From positions 4,288,269 to 4,352,268 of the forward strand of contig NZ_CP073760.1 in assembly GCF_018399035.1 (NCBI RefSeq): a DNA stretch of 64,000 nucleotides, in the 5' to 3' direction. The notes beneath the pieces were generated by a model. The model searched no databases. It saw only the letters and a program-made list of their open reading frames with translations, and was not told where the DNA came from. This DNA is from Thiocapsa sp. (GTDB lineage: Bacteria > Pseudomonadota > Gammaproteobacteria > Chromatiales > Chromatiaceae). The position numbers and the translations under genes are program-made. Numbering within the stretch: position 1 is the first letter of the stretch; each line of letters opens with the position of its first letter. Positions 37,957 through 46,338 of the stretch are shown in pieces.

Positions 37957-39461
37957 CTATCTGGTCTGCCCCCTTTTCGGATTCCGAGCCAGCCGCGCCA
38001 GGGCAGAGATGGCCTTCGCGACACTCGCCCCACGCCCAATCGATCTCTGCAGATTCTTGGCAAATTTCAGCTGACGCGCGTCATCCTCGTTCTGGACCAT
38101 CCGTTCGAGGCTGGCGATCAGCGCGTCGGCAACCTCCCGTTCCCCGCGCGCGCGGTTCAGCAAGGCCATTGATCCGTAGAGGATGAAAAGATCATGGATG
38201 TGGATCCGTTGGCGAGCCGCTAACCCTTTGAGCAACTCGTCAGCCTGATCCAGCTTGCCATCCAGGATCACCAGATTGGCCAGATTGCAGCGTGCACAGA
38301 GGTAGTCCGGATGGTCTGCAACAACCTCCCGCAACAGTTGCTCCGCCTCCTGGTGTCGCCCTTGGGCGGAACGAATCGCCACCAGATTGCCCTTGGCTAC
38401 AGCATGGTCGGGAACGCGTGCCAGGTGAGCGGGAGCGCCCGCGCGAGATCGAAGACCGATGGATACGCGAACGTCTGATGGTCCCGTTCGAGACCGGCGC
38501 TGTTGTGAAGCGCAAGTTTGAAATCCGGCGTCAGCGCCAGCGCCTCGCGCCACAGGCCCAGTGCGTCCGACACTCTGCCCAACCGACTCGCGGCGCAAGC
38601 CGCGAAGTGGTGCAGCAGCGCACGCGAGTAGCCCTCACCGATCTCGAACCAGTCGCATTGCGTGTTGCGTGTAAAGACATCCCGGGCGACCGCGTCCTGC
38701 CGAAGCAACAGCAGGGCATCGAGCTGGAGCAAGGCGTCGTCCAGACGCCTGGCGGTTGCCCCCGCCAAGGGAATCGTCAGACCCTGCGCCCCCACCTCGT
38801 CGCCCCGATACAGGCGCAGGCGCACAGCCCAGCCGAGGGCGAACAGGTTGTCCGTATCCGCCTCCCAAGCGGCCATGAAACCGGCCAACGCCTCATCGAT
38901 TCGACCGAGATGAAACAGCGCCATGGCCCTGTTGTTGCGTGCAGAGAGGATCTCCAGGCCGTCGAGACGCGCGATCGCACCGGCGAAATCCTGTGCGTCC
39001 AGATAGAGTTTTCCGATGTCGAACCGTTCGATCTGCTCGACCGTTGCCGCGGTTCCGTCCGGCATCGAGAGCAGGTCCGCACGCAGGTCGGGTGTCACCG
39101 GAAAACCCGGCGTCACCATCCCCAATGCGCGCAAATGCCGCGCCGCGCGATCCGCCAGCAGGACATGCCCCAGTCGTGATGCAAAGGCGAGCAGCGCCCC
39201 CTGGGCCTGGACACTGTTGGGTCGACGCTCGGCCCATTCGAACGCGGCAAGCCCCGCCGCACGGATCCCCTCGCTGCGCTCCAATGCCTCGACCAGAAGG
39301 CGTCTGAGTCCGGCATGATCAGGACATCGGTGAACCAGCGGCTTGAGCCGTTGGACCGCTTTGGTGTACTCGCCTGCTTCGATCAGGCGCTCGATCGCCT
39401 TCAGTTGGGCGGCTTCGGGTTGTGGTCGGCCGGGCTTGGTCTTGCTGGGTTTCTTCGGCAT
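37957..39461 (-). CDS. TPR-repeat protein; possible -1 frame break (or two overlapping genes)
   Basis: ORF 38397..39461 (354 aa, TPR-like helices) ends ...LPLTWHAFPTML. ORF 37957..38598 continues TPR-like sequence (...PDHAVAKGNLVAIRSAQGRHQEAEQLL...). They join if the G3 run at 38410-38412 is one base longer. Confidence 0.55.
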
Positions 39462-39536
39462 GCGGGATTCCAGTTCAAAGCAGGGCGCCGCTTAGGCCTG
39501 TGCCGCAGCAACCGGGTTACAACCAGCCGGCGCGTC

Positions 39537-39890
39537 CTACGCCGCTTTCAGCACGATCTCCATGCGCACCTCGTCATAAGGAAACACCAGTTTGCCGTCA
39601 TCGGTCTTGTCGAGCACACCACAGACCACAAGTGCCTGAGCATCCGTATGCACGCCTTTGACATCGCGCCCGACGCGCCGCGCGAGTTCTCGTACCCCGA
39701 GCGGTCCGGCCCCCGTCATCACTTTGAGAATCCCCCAACGGTTGCCTGTCAACGTCGCCCAGAGATCCTCGTAGCTCGGAAACGTGATGAAACAGCCTTG
39801 CGGCTCGCCGTGAAAAGCACCTTTGGTGCGCCGCTTGGTGGTTTCGATGTCGGCGACTTCGATCGTCACAGTGGTCATGGGGTGCCTCAC
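39537..39890 (-). CDS. Winged-helix antitoxin-like DNA-binding protein (TumA / HVO_A0114-like)
   Basis: 117-aa ORF. Sequence: ...LTGNRWGILKVMTGAGPLGVRELARRVGRDVKGVHTDAQALVVCGVLD. Has a 4-nt overlap with the upstream small ORF. Confidence 0.6.
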   Translation of the reverse strand: MRHPMTTVTIEVADIETTKRRTKGAFHGEPQGCFITFPSYEDLWATLTGNRWGILKVMTGAGPLGVRELARRVGRDVKGVHTDAQALVVCGVLDKTDDGKLVFPYDEVRMEIVLKAA

Positions 39891-40099
39891 AGTCGGGCGA
39901 CGTCGGCCCAGAAATCATCGACCAATTGATCGAGTGTCGTGAAGGCATAAGAGACTTCACGAGCGCCCACGTGCTTGTGGTCTCCCTTGCCGCTCTCGTT
40001 GTCGTAGCGAAGTACACAGACCTCATCGATCACGAAGGCCAAACGGTACTTGAAGGAATGTCGACTGCCGGGCGCGGGTTCGGGGAGCTGCCAGATCAC
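39887..40099 (-). CDS. TumE-like (DUF6516) toxin-family small protein
   Basis: 70-aa ORF. Sequence: ...FKYRLAFVIDEVCVLRYDNESGKGDHKHVGAREVSYAFTTLDQLVDDFWADV. Operonic with the wHTH gene. Confidence 0.55.
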   Translation of the reverse strand: MIWQLPEPAPGSRHSFKYRLAFVIDEVCVLRYDNESGKGDHKHVGAREVSYAFTTLDQLVDDFWADVARL

Positions 40100-40586
40100 A
40101 ATATCCGCAAAGCGGTTGTCGCTCAGCTTGACGCGCGATCTCAGGAGCAGGGCAGCTGGCGTGTTGTAACCATGACAACAACCTTGGGCGTTGTCAACGT
40201 TGATGAGAGCAAAAACCTTATCACCGCTTTCGGCCGTCTGTCAGTGTCGGCAATGTGCGTCGTTCAGTCGCCCGACTTGGGTCACGGACTTGTCGCTCCG
40301 CCCCAGGAGCGGTCTGTCATGGGACTCGCACCAGCGTCCCCTGAATGCCACATTGCGGTCACTGACGCCCCTGAAAAACGGCGAACCGCCAACAAAGAAG
40401 GACACTCGATTCGTAGCGGTTAGCCGGCACTCGTTCCCGGAGCGAGCACGTAGTCAGCGAAGTCAGACTATGAGGCTGTCCGACTTGGATTCGCGATGGC
40501 GATTATGGAACCTGAAGCGGACAAGTCGAGGGGGCAGCTCCCCCTATTCGTTTGGGTCGGTCAGAGGTAGACGCGGACATCAAGCG

Positions 40587-41207
40587 TCAATCAACCGGAA
40601 GTGCCTCTTCCGGAAGCGAGCGAATCACCCGATAGACATGGCTTCCGAGCCTGTCTGGCCAGCGACCACGAGGCGATGGATCTTTGGCTTCCGCACGCTC
40701 GAGTGCGGCTCGCAGATGCGGCTCAAACCGTTCCGGCTTGAGCTTGCTCTTGTTGTAGCCGTGGCCCGTGGCCCGGCGCAGTTCCTGCTCGATGTCCCTG
40801 CAGCGGTTGGTATCGCGGATATCAGCAGTCAAGTGATAGAGCAGCCACACTTCGAAGCAGGGATTGCTGATCGCGAGCCCAAAGCCCACGCTCTTGGCTT
40901 CTCTCGCAACAGCCGCAAGCTTCCCGCTCCCCCAGCGATCCACGTCCAGCATGAGCCATAGGCTGTCGCCGGCGCCCAGCTGATATCTCTCGCGAAATGC
41001 GCGAAGGCGCTCCAGGACATATTCCGGTGCCGATCGGTTTTGATCATCCGCCGACAGGACTTTCACTTGGATACGGGTGCTGCGAAACATGGCGAAATAG
41101 TCATGCTCGGTCTGCCGCCCCTCGGCGGCAATGATGACAAGCTGGGTATCGCGCAGGTGCTCCTGGCTGCGGTCGAGCGGGCGACGCCTGCGCCGAGTGA
41201 GTGCCAC
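40587..41207 (-). CDS. RloB-like (Toprim-related) protein
   Basis: 206-aa ORF with GTG start. Motifs: LVIIAAEGRQTEHDYF, LWLMLDVDRWG (DxD) and LAISNPCFEVWLLYH, which are the RloB hallmarks. Starts 11 nt downstream of the ATPase gene. Confidence 0.8.
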   Translation of the reverse strand: MALTRRRRRPLDRSQEHLRDTQLVIIAAEGRQTEHDYFAMFRSTRIQVKVLSADDQNRSAPEYVLERLRAFRERYQLGAGDSLWLMLDVDRWGSGKLAAVAREAKSVGFGLAISNPCFEVWLLYHLTADIRDTNRCRDIEQELRRATGHGYNKSKLKPERFEPHLRAALERAEAKDPSPRGRWPDRLGSHVYRVIRSLPEEALPVD

Positions 41208-41217
41208 GGGCAGAAAC

Positions 41218-42579
41218 TCAGCAGGGCACGTCTAAACTGACGGCGGGCTCGCGGATGAGAGGAACTCCTCCGAATCGGCCGTTGAGGTAGCTTTTCTCGA
41301 GCTTGAGATCGGGACGCACCTTGAGTGCATTCATGGAGTAGAGACGAGAGGAGCCATATCGGTCTTTCTCGAAGAACCAGATTTCGTCGCGGCGCAGGAC
41401 CTCCAAATCCATCAGGTGAGTGTCATGCGTGGTAAAGACTAGCTGGGTACGCTGCTCATCTGCGCAGCGATCAATGAAGCTAGAGACGAACAGACGGGAC
41501 AGCAGGGGGTGGAGCTTGCGATCGAGCTCATCAACGACATAAACGCGCTCGCCGGAGGCAGCGTCTGCCAGGATGGGCAGAATCTCCATCAGTCGCTGGG
41601 TGCCTGAGGATTCGTCTTCAAAATCGAAATTGGCCTCGATCGCATCTCGCCCGATATGACGGGTCTTCAGGCGCGCGACCGTCGGTCGAGCTTGATCATC
41701 GCAGTAGATGGTAAGGCTTTGGCCGTCCGGACCTGGCAGGCTATAGATCGCGCCTTGCAGAAGCTCCGTTTCGATGTCCTCGCGCAGCCCCGCCGGCACC
41801 CCGGGAAAATGTCTTTCGAAATCCAGCGGCTCTTCTTCGCTGCTCAGGCCATCGATGCCCGTGCCGGCATTGCGCAGGAAGTCTGCCATGAACTCGACGA
41901 AATCTTCTTCGCGGTTGATCCGCACAGCCAGCGGCTGAGGGGCCTCCTCCGCAGAGACGACCGTCAGGACGCTTTTGAACCAGCGGAACAGAGGTTTGAG
42001 GACCTCAACGTTACGGTCTACAGCTTCGGTCAGAAAGAGCTGATTGGGACGCGTCCCCTGAGCCACGAACTCCAAGAACTGGCGGCGTTTCTTGTCGCTG
42101 CCGGCGAACTTGGGGCCCATCTCGACGGTGACCTTGTTGTCGGCATCGGTCACGCGCTCGAAATATCGAGCCTCGCGAGCGGTTTCACGGACGAAGAGCC
42201 ATTCCTCGTGGACACGCACGGCATCCACGGCGAACCCGTAACTGTATTCGACACCTTCATAGTCGATGAGGAAATCAAAGCGGGAGGGTTTCTCACGGGA
42301 CTGCCGATCGAGCCGGTACGGCTGGGTCGGGATGCGTCGACCGCTCTTGGTTCCTAGGATAACGAGACTCTGAGCAAACCTTAAGGCTTCGATGAGCTTG
42401 GTCTTACCGTGGGCATTGGCGCCATAGAGTGCGGCCAAGCGCAGGATGCGCGGCCTGCGCCCGGTCTGGCTCTGTACGAGATGCCGCGGATGCTCTGGAC
42501 CAGCAGAGGCGACCATCGAGAACAGGGCCTCCTCAGCAAAGCAGGCGTAATTTTCGACAGCGAATTGAAGCAGCATCAA
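41218..42579 (-). CDS. ABC-type (AAA_21-like) ATPase, partner of RloB
   Basis: 453-aa ORF. Walker A GANAHGKTKL, signature-like DESSGTQRLM, Walker B RVYVVDELDRKLHP, H-loop VFTTHDTHLM. Confidence 0.8.
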   Translation of the reverse strand: MMLLQFAVENYACFAEEALFSMVASAGPEHPRHLVQSQTGRRPRILRLAALYGANAHGKTKLIEALRFAQSLVILGTKSGRRIPTQPYRLDRQSREKPSRFDFLIDYEGVEYSYGFAVDAVRVHEEWLFVRETAREARYFERVTDADNKVTVEMGPKFAGSDKKRRQFLEFVAQGTRPNQLFLTEAVDRNVEVLKPLFRWFKSVLTVVSAEEAPQPLAVRINREEDFVEFMADFLRNAGTGIDGLSSEEEPLDFERHFPGVPAGLREDIETELLQGAIYSLPGPDGQSLTIYCDDQARPTVARLKTRHIGRDAIEANFDFEDESSGTQRLMEILPILADAASGERVYVVDELDRKLHPLLSRLFVSSFIDRCADEQRTQLVFTTHDTHLMDLEVLRRDEIWFFEKDRYGSSRLYSMNALKVRPDLKLEKSYLNGRFGGVPLIREPAVSLDVPC

Positions 42580-43384
42580 GAGTCCCAGGTGTGACCATTT
42601 TAGGTGATTATGTGCTTTTCTCGTGATTTTTTCGAGAATCCGGATACGGGATCCCCGACTATCGCCGCTGACGCCTCATTCCCTCCGCCAAGACGGCACC
42701 CGCCGCAGGTCCCCCAACTACCCGCCATCGCGCAGCTTGTGGCGCCGCTCGGACGAGGTCGCCTCTCTGTTGCCGTCCATGGTGGCCGCCTAGGGGAGTG
42801 CCTGTCTCAGTTGGTTTTGTGTCAACGCCGATCCCGTGCCGCCGGGCCAAGGCATAACCGAAGAGGTCCCAATCTTGTCGAGGCTTTTACCAATGGCTCG
42901 ACGGCCCTTGACGGTCGGCCTGTGGGAAACGGCGCACGCACTCGAGCATAGTGCTCCATCCAGATCACCAGGTAGACTCGGTGGCCGCTCTGCAAGAGAG
43001 TCCGGTCCTTGCAATACAAGGCCGGACGGACCGCTAACAGGATCGAAGAGTCACTCGCTTCCGGTTGATGGGAGACGGCTCCTGGCCAACTGCTGCCGGT
43101 CGGCGAGAGGCGGCGGAGCATCATCTTGGCGTCCCTCTGCGGACGTGGGGCGTCGCGAGCCGAACTGGCGGCTGCGCGAGATCCCAAGCGACAACCCGTC
43201 GTGGTCGTATCGCCACAACCGCTGAAGGGCGTGAGTTAAACGGGTGCTCCAGCGGTGGTAGCAGCTCCGGATTGATCGTCAGCACGATGCCCCTTGCCTG
43301 GCCGGGGGTGGGACGCCCCTCGCTGTTCCAGCCGGACCAGCATCGAGTGCTCCGAGGGTGGTGACACGACTGTAGGGTCTACCC

Positions 43385-43900
43385 ATGCGACGGCGCACGG
43401 ATGCCTTGGTGACCGTTGCGGTACGCTACGGACGGAACCCTGGGCCTGAAACGAAGGTCAGCGTGAGCTACTCGACCCGCATCTACATCCTCGGACCGGA
43501 CGACACCCTGTACCGACTGGCCAGCGCGAAGTTCCGCCGCATGGTCGATGACCCGAAGAGCCACCGACTGGAGCGCTTCGCGGGCCAGCGCGTGCGGATG
43601 GCCGAGGTGATCGTGGAGGTGCGGGATCGGGCGCCCTATGCCGTCGTCCGGCTCGTCTACGAAATGCTCGGGTTCGATGCCGAAGGGCGGTTGGACCGCG
43701 ACGCGTTCATACGCAGGAACGCGGCGTTGGCGGAACTGGCCATAGATCCCGTGGTGCCTCGAATGGTGAAAGCGGAGAAAGGCGTGGTTGATGCCGGCAG
43801 CCGCTTCATTGCGCGCGGGGGATTCTGGCATCCTTCCGCGGCCCTGGAGCTGGAGATTCTGCGCGCAGCGCTCGACGAGACGCCGTGCAAGCGGCCCTAG
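43385..43900 (+). CDS. Hypothetical protein (no recognisable motif)
   Basis: 171-aa ORF. The start is uncertain (ATG 43385 or internal GTG before SYSTRIYILGPDD). Codon usage looks coding. Confidence 0.45.
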   Translation: MRRRTDALVTVAVRYGRNPGPETKVSVSYSTRIYILGPDDTLYRLASAKFRRMVDDPKSHRLERFAGQRVRMAEVIVEVRDRAPYAVVRLVYEMLGFDAEGRLDRDAFIRRNAALAELAIDPVVPRMVKAEKGVVDAGSRFIARGGFWHPSAALELEILRAALDETPCKRP

Positions 43901-44015
43901 CGCGATCGGGCTCAGGCGTCGGAGAAAGCACTGACCTGGAGGGCTACAGGCTCTGCCTTCCGGGTAGCGACACCCACATGCCCCCGAGACCGGAAAGTCC
44001 AGACGATATGCTTTA

Positions 44016-45313
44016 GGCGAATTACGGGGAAAGTTATACCATTGTGTGAGATAGTCGTGACTGGCTTTGAAGCAACGCGCGGATTGTCATGATCTCTGAT
44101 CCGAATCCAACCGCCCCGGATGCGGGGCATCGCGAGGATCTCAAACTCGCCGCCTCGAAAATGCTCGGAGCGGAGCGACGGGCGTTCCAAGCGGCGATGG
44201 CCGTGAAATATTGCGCCGGGAGCGCCCGGCAGGCCGAAGCCGTCTTCGGGTGGAGCTGGGTCTGCATGAGCGGCGCACCGGGGTGGTCTGCTTGAGCGCA
44301 CAGTCGGCGTTCGGCGGCGACAAACTTTGGGAAGAGAAACATCCCGCGGCGGCGGCGGTGCTGCGGGAGCTGGCGGATGCGCACTCGCAACAAGACCCGA
44401 CCTTCCGCACGACGCAGTCGTTCACCCGTTTGACCGCGGCGGAAGCCCTGAGGCAATTGCGCGCGCGCGGCATTGCCGAGGCCGAGCTGCCCTCGCCGAG
44501 CACGATGGCCCAGATACTGAACCGCAACGGTTACCGGCTGCGGCCGGTGCTCAAGGCCAAACCCCAAAAAAAGTCCCGCAAACCGATGCCATCTTCGACA
44601 CTATCCGAGCCAAAGACCAACGCGGCGAGGGTGGCCAGGTCGCGCGACTGAGCGTCGACTGCAAGGCTACGGTGATGATCGGCGAGTACTCGCGGGGCGG
44701 CTGTCGCCGTGGCGAGGTCAAGGCCGCCGACCACGACATGGGCTGTCATGAGAAAGACACCCCGTTCGGTCTGGTCAACGAGGACACCGGCGCGCTGCAC
44801 CTGACCTTCGGAAGCTCCGCCAAGACCAGCGACTTCATCGTCGACTGCCTGTATGACTGGTGGGAGCAGCAACCTCCCGAGCAGCGCGAGCGCATCACCC
44901 TGGTTCAGATCAAGGCCGACAACGGCCCGGAAAGCAACGGGCGGCGCACCCCATTTCTCAACCGCATGGTCGCGTTCGCCGATCACATCGGCAAACCCGT
45001 TCAGCTGTTGTACTACCCGCCCTATCACAGCAAATACAATCCGGTGGAACGCTGCCGGGGGATCCTGGAACAGCATTGGAACGGTGCGCTCCCGGTGGAC
45101 GCCCGGACCATGCTCGAGTGGGCCAAGAGCATGACCTGGAAGGGACTGAATCCGGTCGTGGAGGTGAGTCGTCAGGTCTATGAAAAAGGGATCTCACTGT
45201 CCAAGACGGCCATGAAGGACATCGAGGCGCGCTTGCAGCGAAACCCGGAGCTTCCGAAATGGGACATCCTGATCCAACCGGCAGTCTCGGTATGAAAGTT
45301 CACGGAAATCGCC
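44016..45313 (+). mobile_element. ISAzo13-family insertion sequence (~1.3 kb)
   Basis: Imperfect IRs: GGCGAATTACGGGGAAAG (from 44016) and, at the right end (to 45313), the reverse complement GGCGATTTCCGTGAACTT. Flanked by TTA / TTG. Encloses the transposase frames. Confidence 0.7.
44089..45295 (+). pseudogene. ISAzo13-family DDE transposase split over three frames (two -1 breaks)
   Basis: ORFs 44089..44295, 44211..44651 and 44327..45295. C-terminal motif: ...IKADNGPESNGRRTPFLNRMVAFADHIGKPVQLLYYPPYHSKYNPVERCRGILEQHWNG. Breaks at G3 44248-44250 and A7 44566-44572. Confidence 0.75.
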
Positions 45314-45329
45314 TTGAGGGACCGGGTCT

Positions 45330-45410
45330 CGTTCGTCGGTTCGGCGATGGTGGCACGTGGCGCGGAGCGCCACGGGGCATGCGTGACACCGCGGAGCGGA
45401 TGTCACGAGC
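45330..45410. repeat. Family E repeat (inverted, diverged copy)
   Basis: Contains GTGGCACGTGGCGCGGAGCGCCAC and GTGACACCGCGGAGCGGATGTCAC. Confidence 0.6.
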
Positions 45411-45459
45411 TCCGATGTTTTTGAATCGGTCCTGGGGCGAGCTTGCGCCGAGGCCGGAT

Positions 45460-46002
45460 TCAGCCTTTGTCGCTTGGCTCGTCGCTGCGGCGGCGGAAGC
45501 TCATGCCGCCGCAGTCCGCGCAGGGCGGGATCCGTCCGGCCTTGACGAAATGGGTCTCGGCGCCGCAGCGATCGCACACCAGGGTGCCCGGGCCGGTGAC
45601 CTCGCCGGCCTGATAGAGGCTCATCTGGCGCGCAACCTCGGCCCATTGGGCGAGTTGCAGGCTGGTCTGGTCGGCGACCTTGGTAAAGGCGTCCATCATG
45701 CGCTGCTCGATCAACTGCAGGTCGAAACGCCACCAATCGCGGATGTCCTGGCCGGTCTCGGCGATATAGTTGGCCGCATCCTCGATGTCGCGCTTGATGT
45801 AGTCGGAGACCTTGTCGGCCTCTTCGCGCGTCAGCTCGCCGAGCTCGACCATGTTGTCGCGCGCCTTGTCGAGGATCTCCCGAAACTTCGGGACCGACTC
45901 CTCTTGGGTCTTTTCGATGGACTCGTGGGTTTGCTTGAGCATCCGCTCGTAGGCATCCACCAGTTTGTCCTTCGTCGAGCCTTTGTCTTCTTCGTTCATC
46001 AT
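45460..46002 (-). CDS. Zinc-ribbon-containing protein (DUF1451-like)
   Basis: 180-aa ORF. Acidic helical N-terminal part plus C-terminal CDRCGAETHFVKAGRIPPCADCGG (CxxC..CxxC). Confidence 0.6.
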   Translation of the reverse strand: MMNEEDKGSTKDKLVDAYERMLKQTHESIEKTQEESVPKFREILDKARDNMVELGELTREEADKVSDYIKRDIEDAANYIAETGQDIRDWWRFDLQLIEQRMMDAFTKVADQTSLQLAQWAEVARQMSLYQAGEVTGPGTLVCDRCGAETHFVKAGRIPPCADCGGMSFRRRSDEPSDKG

Positions 46003-46061
46003 CCTCTCCGGTGGGTAGAGCGCGGGGCAGCGCTTGCCGCTGCGTCGGCGCCTGACGCGTG

Positions 46062-46177
46062 GATTCCGAGACCGTCCGAGATCATCTTTACATTGTCGTT
46101 GTCGTAATCGTAATCGTAATCGATGGTCGACAACGACAACGACAACGAACGGTCTCGATACATCTGCCGTGCTGCAC
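46062..46177. repeat. Family F element with internal hexanucleotide microsatellites (inverted copy)
   Basis: Shares flanks with 51074-51222. Interior is (GTCGTT)/(GTAATC)3/(CGACAA)3. Confidence 0.75.
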
Positions 46178-46338
46178 GAGGTTAAAGTGTGCAGTATGGC
46201 CGCGATTTCGCAAGGCCGGGTGCACCGGCTGGTCTCGCCCCGAGGTGCGCCCGATGTGCCCCGGGTCGCCGCGGATCCGTCCGCTGCGGTATCCTAACGC
46301 CCATCGCCGTCACCCCCTTGCCGGAAGACCGAGCATCC

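Noticed and set aside
40100-40586. A 487-bp gap between RloB and the TumE-like gene, searched on the minus strand for small ORFs or a structured RNA.
   Set aside because: Only 12-25-codon ATG ORFs and one weak hairpin (AGGGGG-AGCTG-CCCCCT, ~40530-40546) without a U-tract. There is nothing supportable.
44566-44572. Programmed -1 ribosomal frameshifting at A-AAA-AAG in the IS transposase.
   Set aside because: Not fully excluded, but six other -1 breaks at homopolymers, including housekeeping genes, make a one-base under-call of the A-run the more parsimonious reading.
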